Below, piece by piece: positions 9,977 through 20,144 of a stretch of DNA of 64,000 nucleotides; the stretch's first letter is position 1; each line of letters begins with the position of its first letter. The notes under the pieces were generated by a model. The model was not told the DNA's origin. It did no database searches and was given only the letters and a program-made list of their open reading frames with translations. Made by a program: the position numbers and the translations under genes. The DNA is from Geopsychrobacteraceae bacterium (GTDB taxonomy: Bacteria > Desulfobacterota > Desulfuromonadia > Desulfuromonadales > Geopsychrobacteraceae). Location of the stretch: positions 3,776,001 to 3,840,000 of the forward strand of contig OY759353.1 in the NCBI GenBank assembly GCA_963662315.1, read 5' to 3'.

Positions 9977-10252
9977 ATGCGTATCGATATTCTCTGTAAG
10001 CCAGGACATCCTGAGAGTTGCCAAAATACCGTTGAAAATGTTCGCGAGGCTCTGACTCAACTTGGGGTCGAAGCAGAAGTTCATCAGTACAGTGACTCCA
10101 GAAAAATGATAGATAACCGAATTTATGTCGTTCCGGCACTGATGATTGATGATCAGGTGCGAATCGCCGGTCGGGTGCCAGGGGTAGAGGAAATCGTGAA
10201 TTTCCTTGTTGAAAGACCCCGTTACCTGAGAGACGTTGCAGAAGTCGCCTGA
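9977..10252 (+). CDS. Small thioredoxin-fold protein (MTH895/redox-active disulfide protein 2-like) with an atypical Cys motif
   Basis: MRIDIL..., VPALMIDDQVRIAGRVP C-terminal pattern; GGAGG SD; CKPGHPESC in place of GCxxC. Confidence 0.75.
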   Translation: MRIDILCKPGHPESCQNTVENVREALTQLGVEAEVHQYSDSRKMIDNRIYVVPALMIDDQVRIAGRVPGVEEIVNFLVERPRYLRDVAEVA

Positions 10253-10278
10253 TCTCTAACGTTCATTTGTCAGTAATC

Positions 10279-10322
10279 AAACACAAAACCCCCTGTTCTT
10301 TGTAACAGGGGGTTTTGTGTTT
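10279..10322. terminator. Strong, possibly bidirectional intrinsic terminator
   Basis: Perfect 19-bp inverted repeat AAACACAAAACCCCCTGTT / AACAGGGGGTTTTGTGTTT. Confidence 0.9.
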
Positions 10323-10490
10323 ACAGGAAAATAGTTACACAGCCTTAAGGAACCTTTCTTATCTCCATGATGATTTTATCTTTATCAGCTATAAAAGAAT
10401 AAAAATAACGTAATTTGGTCAAAATGGAGTAAGTTCTATTGACAAACTATTTATATTTTTTAATCTGTAAGGAGAGCACATTTTGTTCAT

Positions 10491-11873
10491 ATGGAGATGA
10501 CTATGGCAAAGATTATGCTGGTTGACGATGTTGATCTCTTTTTACAGCTGGAACGGTCTTACCTGGATGGCTGCGGCTATGATCTGGTGACCGCATCCTC
10601 CGGTGAAGAAACTCTGCAGCGACTCGAGCGTATCGCTCCTGATGTATTGCTGCTTGATTACTATATGCCCGGTATTAACGGTGATGATGTCTGTCGGACC
10701 ATCCGTAATAATCCTCTCTGGGAAAAGTTGCCGATCTTGATGGTGACGGCCGCCGGGAAGGCACATGAAATTCAAAGCTGCATTGACGCCGGTTGTGATG
10801 ATTACATCACCAAGCCGGTCAACAAGGAAGAGCTCAGAGACAAAATTGAAAGGTTATTGGGGCAGGTAACCCGGCGTCAGGCAGAGAGGGTCGCGGTTAA
10901 ACTTCCGGTTCAGGTTCAGACCGGTGAAACGATTAATGTGTCACGGGCTGAAGATATTTCAAGGAGTGGCATGTATCTTAAATCGCCAACTCTGCTGAAA
11001 GAGAATTCAGTTGTATCTCTGAAACTGGAAGGGGTTGATGGTGATCTGATTTCCTTATATGGCAAAGTAAAGCGTGCTGACAAGGGGAAGGCTGGTCAGT
11101 ACGGTGTCTATTTCATCTATCCAGATCAGCAGAGTAAAGAGAAGCTTGACCAACTGGTCGTGAGTAAAAAAAACGAAGTTATCGAGAAAACCTGTGGGGC
11201 AGAGTTGGAGTTGGGGCGGCGCTTGCAAGCTCTGGAGCAGGAATGTGCCAAGTTGCGGCATCAGCAGGAGGACTCGCAGCGGCGTATCGGTGAACTCGAG
11301 CAGGAGAATCTCGATTTTGCCAATCAATTGGTTCAGGTTGAAGAGGTCAACAATAATCTGACCAACCTCTACATTGCTTCATCCCGATTGCATTCAACGC
11401 TGGACCGCGAAGAGACTCTTGAAATCATTAAAGAGGTCGTGATCAATTTTGTTGGTGCTGAAAAATTTGCTATTTTCCTGCTTGATGGAACAGGGCATAA
11501 GCTGGCTTTTGAGACCGGCGAAGGTTTTGATGACGATGAGGTGTTTCCTGAAGTTACCCTCAACGAAGGCGTGCTTGGGGAGACTGCGGCAAAAGAAGAA
11601 AACTATTTCTATTCAGGACCGATAAGCGATGGTTCCGATGATGTGCTTTCGCCGATTATCGCCATTCCTCTGCTGATCCAAGGAAAGTTACTGGGGGTCC
11701 TGGCGATTTACCGACTGTTTATCCAAAAAGAACAGTTGGAATCCATCGACTACCAACTGTTCTCCATGCTTGGAGAGCATGCTGCGACCGCCTTGTTTTC
11801 ATCGACTCTTTACAGCCGCTCGGAGCGTAAGCGCCAGACCTATCAGGATGTGGTTGATATATTGCTTAAGTAG
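10491..11873 (+). CDS. Signalling protein: receiver + PilZ + coiled coil + GAF
   Basis: LVDD...LLDYYMP...TKP receiver; RQAER and DISRSG PilZ motifs; heptad-rich linker; GAF (IAIPL...GVLAI, LGEHAATA). The start may be 10497 or 10503. Confidence 0.85.
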   Translation: MEMTMAKIMLVDDVDLFLQLERSYLDGCGYDLVTASSGEETLQRLERIAPDVLLLDYYMPGINGDDVCRTIRNNPLWEKLPILMVTAAGKAHEIQSCIDAGCDDYITKPVNKEELRDKIERLLGQVTRRQAERVAVKLPVQVQTGETINVSRAEDISRSGMYLKSPTLLKENSVVSLKLEGVDGDLISLYGKVKRADKGKAGQYGVYFIYPDQQSKEKLDQLVVSKKNEVIEKTCGAELELGRRLQALEQECAKLRHQQEDSQRRIGELEQENLDFANQLVQVEEVNNNLTNLYIASSRLHSTLDREETLEIIKEVVINFVGAEKFAIFLLDGTGHKLAFETGEGFDDDEVFPEVTLNEGVLGETAAKEENYFYSGPISDGSDDVLSPIIAIPLLIQGKLLGVLAIYRLFIQKEQLESIDYQLFSMLGEHAATALFSSTLYSRSERKRQTYQDVVDILLK

Positions 11874-11878
11874 ACGTC

Positions 11879-13732
11879 TCAGGCGGGGATCAGCAACCCC
11901 TGAGCTATGGCAAAATCTATTTCCTCCGCGTGCACATGCTTATGCAGACGAAGTAACTCCGCCAGGTTTTTGCTGCCATCGGCTTGCAGCAGCAAGCGCG
12001 CGAAATCATCGTTTAGAGCTTCAATAATCACGTCCTCCTTCTGCCGCAGGAAAATGACATATTCCTTCTCTTTACTCAGCAGTCCCGTTAATTTTTTCAA
12101 TGGTTCACCACCGTAGGTTTCGATATCTTCCAGAGGGTGATAAAAGCGGTGCAGATAGCAGTGTGGGTTGCGTTGCCAGCGCACCGACTTTTGTGATCCT
12201 CGTGGCGATTGTGGCTCACAACTTTGGGCCAGGACGATCTCGGCGCAGTAATAATGGTAATGGATCAGATCTTCAATAAGGTTCAGATAGGCTGACAGCT
12301 GGTTATGTTTCAGCAGTGAGTGGCAAAAGCCTATCTGGTGTGGAAGAATGTCAGCGGGCCACCAGCTTTCAGCACAGTCAATATCCTTTGCTGGGAGGTC
12401 TTTCTGTTTTGTGAGCCAGTCTGAAAACAGACTGAGCACCTGGCTGGGACTCATTTTTACCAGTTGACAGAGTTGGAGAAAAAATCCGACTGCGCGACCA
12501 CGGTTGTAAAAAATGTCGGTTGCCACGGCCAGTTTTCGGCTCAGGAGCAGTTCTGACGCGGGGTAACTCTGGTTGCTGGTAATGCTGTAAGGCGGCTTGG
12601 ACTCGGCGCTCACCCCGAACCGCTCCTGGTGATTAAATATTTCAGTGCCGGGCAGTACCGCGAGGGGAAATATATCCACCTGATTGGGCTGCTGGTTCAG
12701 TGCGAAATCGAGACTGCGCATAAACCCCTGGTGATTATCGTGGGGCAACCCGTAAATAAGATCGAGACCGAACGTCACCCCTGCTTCGGACAGTATTTTC
12801 AGTTTATTGGTCATTTGCGCTTCTTTGAAATTGCGATGCAATGGGCGCAATACTTCAGGATCTGCCGATTGCAGTCCAATCTGAACTGAACAATGCAGCT
12901 GAGCCAGAAGTTCGGCTGTTTCCTGATCGAGAAAATCAGCTTTGGCTTCGATATGGTAATGAATATCCGGAGCGGTAGCCAACAGTAAACGCAGCAGTTG
13001 TTTACCGCGCTCTACAGGTGCGTTGAAGGTTGAATCCAGAACCCAGATCTGGCTGATCTGATGGCGGGCAAAGAGTTCCAGTTCGGCCTTGAGGCGAGCT
13101 TTCGGCAGGGGGCGAACCCCATTGTGCCCTTTGGCATCGAAACAGAAAGCACAGTTGAAGCGGCATCCTCTGGCGACTTCCCATAAAATACCGCCCCCCA
13201 TGGAGGGCTTGAGAGTCCCGCTTAGCCAGGGAGATACCAGTTTGGAAAGATCAGGGACACAGGCTTGTTCTTCTAGCGGGGCTTGACTGCCTGGGAGTAC
13301 CAGTCCGGGAACCTGTTCCCAGTCTTGCTGGTTCTCAATGCATGTCAACAGGCGACTGAAGGCTTCCTCTCCTTCACCACGAATAACAGCGTCGAGTTGT
13401 CCTTCCTCCAGAACTCGCAGGCTGTCGGCACTGGCCTCTGGTCCACCTGCGACAGTGATCAGTTGCTGCTGCAGTTTTTTGAGGTGCTCAGCAACTTTAA
13501 GCAGTTGGCTGCGGTTCCAGACATAAAGAGAAAATGCAACCAGGTCGGGTGCGCATGACAGGATTTGGTCACACATCTGCTGAATGTGTTGTCCCGGATA
13601 GAACTCAATCAGTTTGGTATGCTGGCGCTGCGCTTCGGGCAGTGCTGCTTTAAGATTTCCGGCAGCCAGCGGGATCGCCTGTGCCGAGTCGTTGACATGC
13701 AGAGTGACAAGCAGAATGTTCATATGGGGCAA
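11879..13732 (-). CDS. Cobalamin-binding radical SAM protein
   Basis: B12-binding N-domain (FSLYVWN, AGGPE, RGEGE); RGCRFNCAFC CxxxCxxC; QIGLQS, DLIYGLP. Confidence 0.9.
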   Translation of the reverse strand: MPHMNILLVTLHVNDSAQAIPLAAGNLKAALPEAQRQHTKLIEFYPGQHIQQMCDQILSCAPDLVAFSLYVWNRSQLLKVAEHLKKLQQQLITVAGGPEASADSLRVLEEGQLDAVIRGEGEEAFSRLLTCIENQQDWEQVPGLVLPGSQAPLEEQACVPDLSKLVSPWLSGTLKPSMGGGILWEVARGCRFNCAFCFDAKGHNGVRPLPKARLKAELELFARHQISQIWVLDSTFNAPVERGKQLLRLLLATAPDIHYHIEAKADFLDQETAELLAQLHCSVQIGLQSADPEVLRPLHRNFKEAQMTNKLKILSEAGVTFGLDLIYGLPHDNHQGFMRSLDFALNQQPNQVDIFPLAVLPGTEIFNHQERFGVSAESKPPYSITSNQSYPASELLLSRKLAVATDIFYNRGRAVGFFLQLCQLVKMSPSQVLSLFSDWLTKQKDLPAKDIDCAESWWPADILPHQIGFCHSLLKHNQLSAYLNLIEDLIHYHYYCAEIVLAQSCEPQSPRGSQKSVRWQRNPHCYLHRFYHPLEDIETYGGEPLKKLTGLLSKEKEYVIFLRQKEDVIIEALNDDFARLLLQADGSKNLAELLRLHKHVHAEEIDFAIAQGLLIPA

Positions 13733-14290
13733 CTATTTCTTCAGACTGACTTTGATACGTGGTTTCCCCTCACTGGTATCGATACTAAACTGAACAGGTT
13801 GGTCACCATAGCGGCTGCGGATTTTTTCCCGTTGTGCGGACAGGAATTCCGCGACTTTTGAGGCGCTGGGGCCTTCACCACTAAGGCCACACTGCTGGCG
13901 TGCTTTATTCAGTGCAGCATGCAACTGGGCTGCTTCCTGATCGCTGTTACTGACGGCGGGAGTCTGTGGGTTAGCTAAGGCAGAACTTGGAGCGGTTAGT
14001 TTGACCAGATGGCGGTGGTATTTTCCTTCGTCCATCAGGCGTAAAATCCGGTCCCAATATTGACCGTAGGTCATAAAGCGGGTGGCCAGATTTTGGTAGC
14101 GGAATTTCAGATCCGTCCAGACGATTTTGCGATTGGTGAATTGGCGTAAGCGGCGTGCCATAAGGGTGCGGCGGTTTTGGGGCTCGCGGCGCTCGAGACC
14201 TGCAAAATACTGTTCATACAATACTTCCAGTTCCTTTAGCTCCTGTTGAATATCATCAAGCTCTTTGGCTAGTTTACGGCGCTCATCCAT
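13733..14290 (-). CDS. Conserved deltaproteobacterial protein (MXAN_5187 C-terminal-like domain)
   Basis: YEQYFAGLERREP...FRYQNL...WDR pattern and C-terminal KIRSRYG..VQFSI..GKPRIK; abuts the radical SAM gene with no gap. Confidence 0.7.
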   Translation of the reverse strand: MDERRKLAKELDDIQQELKELEVLYEQYFAGLERREPQNRRTLMARRLRQFTNRKIVWTDLKFRYQNLATRFMTYGQYWDRILRLMDEGKYHRHLVKLTAPSSALANPQTPAVSNSDQEAAQLHAALNKARQQCGLSGEGPSASKVAEFLSAQREKIRSRYGDQPVQFSIDTSEGKPRIKVSLKK

Positions 14291-14521
14291 AATTATTTTA
14301 CCACCTCCGGCAGCAGAACTATACGCGAGTCAATGATTGTTGTAAATAATTAGAAAGACTTTACCCAATAAAAGCTGATGTGCTTGACTCTTTGGGTGCA
14401 CATTTGAAATAGTAACCTTTTTGTCAGATAAAGAAGCTACAATGACTTGGAATCATTATTCCTGTATTCTCTTTCTTCAAATAAAGGGCATCGGCCCACA
14501 AAATTCTCTTCGGGGGTATCA

Positions 14522-15901
14522 ATGAGTAAAGGACTTGCTGCAGTTATTCTCGCTGCCGGAAAAGGAACGCGGATGAAATCCGCACTGCCAAAGGTTCTGC
14601 ATCCTCTATGCGGACAGCCGATGCTGGCCTATCCACTGGATGCGGCACGGATGGCCGGTTTTAATCAGCTTAAAGTTGTTACTGGACATGGCTCGGAGCA
14701 GGTGCGCCAGACATTTACCTCTGGTGATATTGAATGGGTGGAGCAGACCGATCAGCTTGGGACTGGTCACGCCCTGATGTGTGCATCTGGTGCCTTGTGC
14801 GGCTATACGGGTGCGTTGCTTCTACTGTGCGGGGACGTGCCCCTTCTGAAGGCGCAAACTATAGAACGTCTCTATGAATATCATTCCGGCCAGGGGGCTG
14901 CGGTTACGGTGTTGACCGCGCAAATGCCGAACCCGACGGGGTATGGGCGTATTATTCGTGACGGTGAACAGGTTCTGCGCATTGTTGAAGAGAAGGATGC
15001 CAGTGAAGCAGAGCGTCAGGTCTCAGAAATCAACACCGGGACCTATATCTTTGATGCGGCGTTTGTTCTTTCGGCATTGAAAGGACTCAACAAAAATAAT
15101 GCTCAAAAAGAGTATTACCTGACCGATGTTGTTGCTGCCGCTGTTAGCCAGGGGTTGAAGACCCGAGCCCTGGCGGTTGAAGACCCGACAGAGGCCATGG
15201 GGATTAATGATCGTTGTCAGCTGGCTGAGGCCGAAGTGCTGATGCGCTGGAAAATTAACGCCGACCTGATGTTTGGCGGTATTTCCATGACCGATCCCAC
15301 CACCGTCTATGTGGATAACGGTGTAGAGATCGGTATGGATACCACGATTCACCCCAATGTGCATTTACGGGGCAAGACCCGGATCGGGAAAAACTGCATC
15401 ATTGAAACGGGTGTTGTCGTGGTTGATTCAACCGTGGCTGACGGTGTGCATCTGAAGGCTGGTTCAGCAATTGAAGAAGCCCAGATCGGTCCCCAGTGTA
15501 AAATCGGCCCTATGGCCCATCTCCGACCGGGGACGGTGCTGACCGGGAATAATAAAATCGGCAATTATGTCGAAACCAAAAAAGCGGTGATCGGCGAAGG
15601 TTCCCAGGCCAGCCATCTGACTTACATTGGTGATGCCGAGGTCGGGAAAAATGTTAATTTTGGCTGTGGGACAATCACCTGTAATTACGATGGTGTCAAC
15701 AAATACAAAACCATTGTCGAAGATGATGTTTTTGTTGGTAGCGATACCCAGTTTATCGCACCGGTAACTATCGGACGCAACAGTCTGATTGCCGCCGGAA
15801 CAACCGTTACCAAAGACGTTCCCGCGGATTCGTTGGCATTATCGCGTACACCTCAGAAGGTGATTGCCGGCTGGAAAACCAGAAAACAGAAAAAGTCTTG
15901 A
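14522..15901 (+). CDS. glmU: Bifunctional UDP-GlcNAc pyrophosphorylase / GlcN-1-P acetyltransferase
   Basis: LAAGKGTRMKS, QLGTGHA, NAQKEYYLTD, hexapeptide repeats, NYDG; start moved to ATG 14522. Confidence 0.97.
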   Translation: MSKGLAAVILAAGKGTRMKSALPKVLHPLCGQPMLAYPLDAARMAGFNQLKVVTGHGSEQVRQTFTSGDIEWVEQTDQLGTGHALMCASGALCGYTGALLLLCGDVPLLKAQTIERLYEYHSGQGAAVTVLTAQMPNPTGYGRIIRDGEQVLRIVEEKDASEAERQVSEINTGTYIFDAAFVLSALKGLNKNNAQKEYYLTDVVAAAVSQGLKTRALAVEDPTEAMGINDRCQLAEAEVLMRWKINADLMFGGISMTDPTTVYVDNGVEIGMDTTIHPNVHLRGKTRIGKNCIIETGVVVVDSTVADGVHLKAGSAIEEAQIGPQCKIGPMAHLRPGTVLTGNNKIGNYVETKKAVIGEGSQASHLTYIGDAEVGKNVNFGCGTITCNYDGVNKYKTIVEDDVFVGSDTQFIAPVTIGRNSLIAAGTTVTKDVPADSLALSRTPQKVIAGWKTRKQKKS

Positions 15902-15915
15902 AGGGATAGATTATT

Positions 15916-17745
15916 ATGTGTGGAATAGTTGGATATATCGGTCAGCAGCAAGCTGCGCCAATCATAATTGAAGGTCTGCGTCGTCTTGAATATCGAGGTT
16001 ATGATTCTGCCGGAATCTGTACCCTGAACGGTGGTGAACCACTGATTCGTCGCGCCGAGGGAAAACTGATAAACCTGGAGCGGATTCTGGCCGAATTGCC
16101 CGCAACCGGATCGCGTGGCATCGGGCATACCCGCTGGGCGACGCACGGCCGGCCATCAGAGGTCAATGCTCATCCGCATCGTTCTAACGGAATTGTTGTT
16201 GTTCATAACGGTATCATAGAAAACTACCTGAAATTAAAAGCGCGCCTGCAGCAGGCCGGTCATCACTTTTCCTCGGAGACTGATACGGAGATCATTGCCC
16301 ATCTGGTTGATGAGCATATGCAGAAGTGTGGTGATTTCGAACAGGCTGTGCGCAATGCCCTGCAGGAGGTTGAAGGAGCCTATGCGGTTGCGATTCTCTG
16401 TGAGCAGGAACCTGACAAGCTGATCGCTGCCAAGCTCGGTTCACCGCTGGTGGTTGGGCAGGGGCAGGGTGAATATTTTGTGGCTTCAGACATTCCCGCC
16501 ATGCTGTCCCATACCCGTGAAATGATTTTTCTGGAAGATGGCGAAATCGTTGTTTTTACTCCTGAAAAAATGTGGGTGACCGACCTTTCCGGTGCTTCAC
16601 TGACCAAGCAGAGCAAGACGATTACCTGGAGCCCATTGATGGCGGAGAAGGGTGGTTACAAACATTTTATGCTTAAGGAAATTTTTGAGCAGCCACGAGC
16701 TATCAGCGATACCCTGGCCGGACGTTTGAGAGCTGACGAAGGAGATATTTTCCTGGATGGCCTTGGCTTAAGCGAAGAGCAGTTAACCGGTATTGATAAG
16801 CTTTTCATCATCGCCTGTGGAACCTCATGGCATTCAGGTCTGGTTGGCAAGTTTTACCTGGAAAAAAATGCCCGGATTCCAGTTGAGATCGATATCGCCA
16901 GTGAGTTTCGCTATCGTGATCCGATCATTGGCGAGAACAGCCTGACGGTACTGATCAGTCAGAGTGGTGAAACGGCGGATACACTGGCCGCCCTGCGGGA
17001 AGCGAAAGGTAAAGGGGGGAAAACCCTGTGCATCTGCAACGTGGTCGATTCTTCCATCGCCCGTGAAAGTGACGGGGTCATTTATACTCATGCCGGACCG
17101 GAGATCGGCGTCGCTTCAACCAAGGCGTTTACCACTCAGCTCGTTGCCCTTTATCTGCTGGCGCTAAAGCTGGGCCGGATTCGTGGAGTTTTGTCGCAAA
17201 AGGAGTGTCAGCAGAAGATAGTTGATCTTCTGACTCTGCCACGCAAAATTGAAGAGACCCTTGAACTTAACGAAACCATTGAGGAGATCAGCAAACAGTA
17301 CATGAATGCGCGCGATTTCCTCTACCTGGGGCGTGGTAACCAATATCCTATTGCTTTGGAAGGCGCTCTCAAGCTCAAAGAGATTTCCTATATTCATGCC
17401 GAAGGATATCCTGCCGGTGAGATGAAGCATGGTCCCATTGCCTTGATCGACGAAAATTTGCCGGTTGTGGTTTTGGTCCCCCGTAATGCAACTTACGAAA
17501 AGGTTGTTTCCAATCTGCAGGAGGTCTGTGCCCGCGGTGGAATCGTTATTGCCATTACCAGTGGCAGTGAAGACGCCTTGAGCGATCAGATTGCAGCGGA
17601 GATTCGAGTACCGGATAGTGATGATGACCTGATGCCGATTCTGACTTCCATCCCGATTCAACTGCTCGCTTATCATGTTGCGGTGCTGAAAGGGACAGAT
17701 GTTGATCAGCCGCGTAATCTGGCCAAGAGTGTTACCGTGGAATAG
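15916..17745 (+). CDS. glmS: Glutamine-fructose-6-phosphate transaminase
   Basis: [25 protein letters not shown]-terminal [11 protein letters not shown]. Confidence 0.98.
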   Translation: MCGIVGYIGQQQAAPIIIEGLRRLEYRGYDSAGICTLNGGEPLIRRAEGKLINLERILAELPATGSRGIGHTRWATHGRPSEVNAHPHRSNGIVVVHNGIIENYLKLKARLQQAGHHFSSETDTEIIAHLVDEHMQKCGDFEQAVRNALQEVEGAYAVAILCEQEPDKLIAAKLGSPLVVGQGQGEYFVASDIPAMLSHTREMIFLEDGEIVVFTPEKMWVTDLSGASLTKQSKTITWSPLMAEKGGYKHFMLKEIFEQPRAISDTLAGRLRADEGDIFLDGLGLSEEQLTGIDKLFIIACGTSWHSGLVGKFYLEKNARIPVEIDIASEFRYRDPIIGENSLTVLISQSGETADTLAALREAKGKGGKTLCICNVVDSSIARESDGVIYTHAGPEIGVASTKAFTTQLVALYLLALKLGRIRGVLSQKECQQKIVDLLTLPRKIEETLELNETIEEISKQYMNARDFLYLGRGNQYPIALEGALKLKEISYIHAEGYPAGEMKHGPIALIDENLPVVVLVPRNATYEKVVSNLQEVCARGGIVIAITSGSEDALSDQIAAEIRVPDSDDDLMPILTSIPIQLLAYHVAVLKGTDVDQPRNLAKSVTVE

Positions 17746-17791
17746 TTAGTGGAAGCTTTTGATCTGATTGACTTTTTGCATTGAAGAAAGC

Positions 17792-17824
17792 AAAGCCTCA
17801 GGCTCGCGTGGCCTGAGGCTTTTT
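17792..17824 (+). terminator. Intrinsic terminator after glmS
   Basis: AAAGCCTCAGGC-N7-GCCTGAGGCTTT followed by more Ts. Confidence 0.88.
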
Positions 17825-17894
17825 GGTGTAAAACTGAAACGGATGCTTTTATTTTTCACTATCCCGGGTAATGTGTTGTCTTCAGGAGATTGCC

Positions 17895-18131
17895 ATGAAT
17901 TCTTATGTTGAGGCGGATGATTTCGAAATATCCCTTTCGGAGGTTGCCAAACGGCTCGGGAAAACCGAACTGGAGGTGCTCATGTATATTCGCTGCGGTT
18001 ATATTGAGGCTGAGGAAAAGAGCGATACCTGGTTCCTGTCAAAAGCGAGCTTAGGCCGATTTTTGGGGGAATCGTCCCACGTCACTTGTGCGACCGGCCG
18101 CAAGTGCAGTGAGTGCCCGGGCTGCCGCTAG
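17895..18131 (+). CDS. Small HTH protein with a Cys-rich C-terminus
   Basis: CAGGAG SD before ATG 17895; SLSEVAKRLGKTELEVLMYIRCGYI excisionase/MerR-like HTH; tail CATGRKCSECPGCR. Confidence 0.65.
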   Translation: MNSYVEADDFEISLSEVAKRLGKTELEVLMYIRCGYIEAEEKSDTWFLSKASLGRFLGESSHVTCATGRKCSECPGCR

Positions 18132-18137
18132 TTTCAG

Positions 18138-18166
18138 GCGGAAATGGCACTTTATTGCATTTCCGC
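18138..18166. terminator. Stem-loop between convergent genes
   Basis: GCGGAAATG-N11-CATTTCCGC. Confidence 0.5.
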
Positions 18167-18260
18167 GTCAATCCGCACAAAGTATTGGTTTTCTTGATGA
18201 TGTGATAAATACTTGTCTCCAAATCAGAACCTTCAGGGTTAAGATCGTTTCAGCAAAGGT

Positions 18261-19925
18261 CTAAGTCATTCCACGGACAGAACCATCGTCCATAACGCGC
18301 CAACACTGGGCAGCTGGGTGTTTGGGGAGTCCAGGCATGCGCAGGATATCGCCAGTCAGAACAACCAGGAATCCGGCCCCGGAATTAATCTGAAGACCTC
18401 TGACTGTGATATCAAAATGACGGGGACGACCATACAGATTAGGGTCGTCAGACAGGGACCCCGGAGCCTTTGCGATACAAACCGGCAAGGCTGAATAGCC
18501 CAGAGTATTGACCTGATTCAGGTCCTTAGCTGCCTGTTTGGTAAAGGCGACATCGTCGGCGCCATAGATTTCACGGCAGACGATGCGGATTTTTTCCTCA
18601 ACCGGAAGATCCAAAGGATAAAGCGGTTGCCACTGGTCGTTAGCAGCAGCGGCTTCAAGTACGGTTTCTGCCAATTCAAGCGCTCCGTCACCGCCTTTCT
18701 GAAAGTGGTGACACGCGGCAAATCGTGTGCTTAATTCCTGGCACCGAGCCTTGATCAGATTGATTTCAGCCAGGGTGTCGCTAGCAAAACAGTTCAGCGC
18801 GACCACGGGTTTCAAATTGAATTTACAGACGTTTTCGATGTGCTTGTCGAGGTTGGCGAGTCCTTTACGTAAGGCGCCAAGGTCGGGTTCCTCAAGATGC
18901 TCCTTCGTTTTGCCTCCATGAAATTTCAGAGCCCTGACAGTGGTGACCAACACGACAGCAACAGGGTTCAGGCCCCCTAGACGGCATTTGATATCAAAAA
19001 ACTTTTCTGCTCCCAGATCAAAGCCAAAGCCCGCTTCGGTAATGGCCCAGTCCGCATAGTGACAAGCCATTTGTGTCGCGATCAGACTGTTGCAACCGTG
19101 AGCGATATTGGCAAACGGACCACCGTGAACTAGTGTCGGAACTCCTTCGAGGGTCTGTACCAGGTTCGGATGAATGGCGTCACGCAGCAGAGCAAGGATC
19201 GCATCGGTCACCTGTAATTCCCGGGCGAAAACCGGTCTGCCGTCATATGTAAAAGCCAGCAGAGTCGCTTCGATGTGCTTGCGTAAGTCCTGTAGATTGG
19301 TTGCCAGGCATAGCATGGCCATGATTTCTGAAGCTGCACTGATATCAAAGCCGCCTTCGCGGGGAACGCCCTGCTGTTTACCGCCAAGCCCAAGTACCAG
19401 ATGGCGCAGACTGCGGTCATTCATGTCAATGACCCGCCGCCACAGGATCTGGCGTGGATCAATGTTCAGATCATTGCCGTGGTACATGTGATTATCGAGG
19501 ATTGCAGATAAAAAATTATGTGCGCTGCTGACTGCATGGATATCCCCGGTAAAATGCAGGTTGATGCGATCCGCTGGAATAATCTGACTGAAGCCGCCAC
19601 CGGTCGCGCCACCTTTCATCCCCAGGCAGGGGCCAAGGGATGGTTCACGCAAGGCCAGGCAGGTAGATTTTCCCAGCTTGGCCAGTGCCTGTCCCAAGCC
19701 GATACTGGTTGTGGTTTTCCCTTCTCCTGCAGCTGTTGGGGTCGTGGCTGAGACGAGAATCAGGTTTCCTTGTCTGGTGGTTGGTCGTTGCAGAGCCCGA
19801 ATATCGACTTTGGCCATTTCCCGGCCATGTGGCAGCAGGTCATGGCGTTCGATTTGCATCCGATCTGCAATCCGGGCGATGGGTTCGGGTCGTGCCATAC
19901 GGCAGATTTCAAAGTCACTTAACAT
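18261..19925 (-). CDS. fhs: Formate-tetrahydrofolate ligase
   Basis: TPTAAGEGKTT, REPSLGP, KGGATGGG, HGGPFANIAHG, TEAGFG, MPGLP. Confidence 0.96.
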   Translation of the reverse strand: MLSDFEICRMARPEPIARIADRMQIERHDLLPHGREMAKVDIRALQRPTTRQGNLILVSATTPTAAGEGKTTTSIGLGQALAKLGKSTCLALREPSLGPCLGMKGGATGGGFSQIIPADRINLHFTGDIHAVSSAHNFLSAILDNHMYHGNDLNIDPRQILWRRVIDMNDRSLRHLVLGLGGKQQGVPREGGFDISAASEIMAMLCLATNLQDLRKHIEATLLAFTYDGRPVFARELQVTDAILALLRDAIHPNLVQTLEGVPTLVHGGPFANIAHGCNSLIATQMACHYADWAITEAGFGFDLGAEKFFDIKCRLGGLNPVAVVLVTTVRALKFHGGKTKEHLEEPDLGALRKGLANLDKHIENVCKFNLKPVVALNCFASDTLAEINLIKARCQELSTRFAACHHFQKGGDGALELAETVLEAAAANDQWQPLYPLDLPVEEKIRIVCREIYGADDVAFTKQAAKDLNQVNTLGYSALPVCIAKAPGSLSDDPNLYGRPRHFDITVRGLQINSGAGFLVVLTGDILRMPGLPKHPAAQCWRVMDDGSVRGMT

Positions 19926-20087
19926 GATAAGGCTCCCTTCTCAAGGTACAGGAGAGGTGTTTCTCCTATTTTACCATGGAGTAGAGTGGCCTTTATGAGG
20001 GCCGTATTCAAGAACTGAAACGATTTGATTTCTCCGCAGTACCGTGTCGTCATAAACCCCGTTGAGCAGGCGCTGTTTCAGTCCCAG

Positions 20088-20128
20088 AAACAGCACCAAG
20101 GTGTGAGCAGTAAACCCTGGCGCTGTTT
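20088..20128 (-). terminator. Likely terminator of the outer-membrane protein gene
   Basis: Minus-strand stem AAACAGCGCCAGGGT / ACCTTGGTGCTGTTT (with G-U pairs) just after the stop at 20145. Confidence 0.6.
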
Positions 20129-20144
20129 GGGTGTGTTGCAATAA

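Noticed and set aside
14291..14521. glmS ribozyme or other riboswitch upstream of glmU-glmS
   Set aside because: No recognisable conserved core, and the glmU-glmS gap is only 14 bp.
17710..17800. attTn7 site at the 3' end of glmS
   Set aside because: The glmS end is intact, but no Tn7-like end or tns genes follow; the native terminator comes directly after, so the site appears unoccupied.
18145..18159. TGGCACTTTATTGCA as a sigma54 promoter
   Set aside because: GG-to-GC spacing is 9 nt rather than 10, it lies within a hairpin, and it points into a convergent gene end.
18261..19925. fhs as evidence of a Wood-Ljungdahl pathway
   Set aside because: No folD, metF or acs genes are nearby, and a standalone fhs is common in one-carbon metabolism.
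19926..20087. ZTP or THF riboswitch upstream of fhs
   Set aside because: I could not find the conserved motifs by eye; an Rfam scan would settle it.
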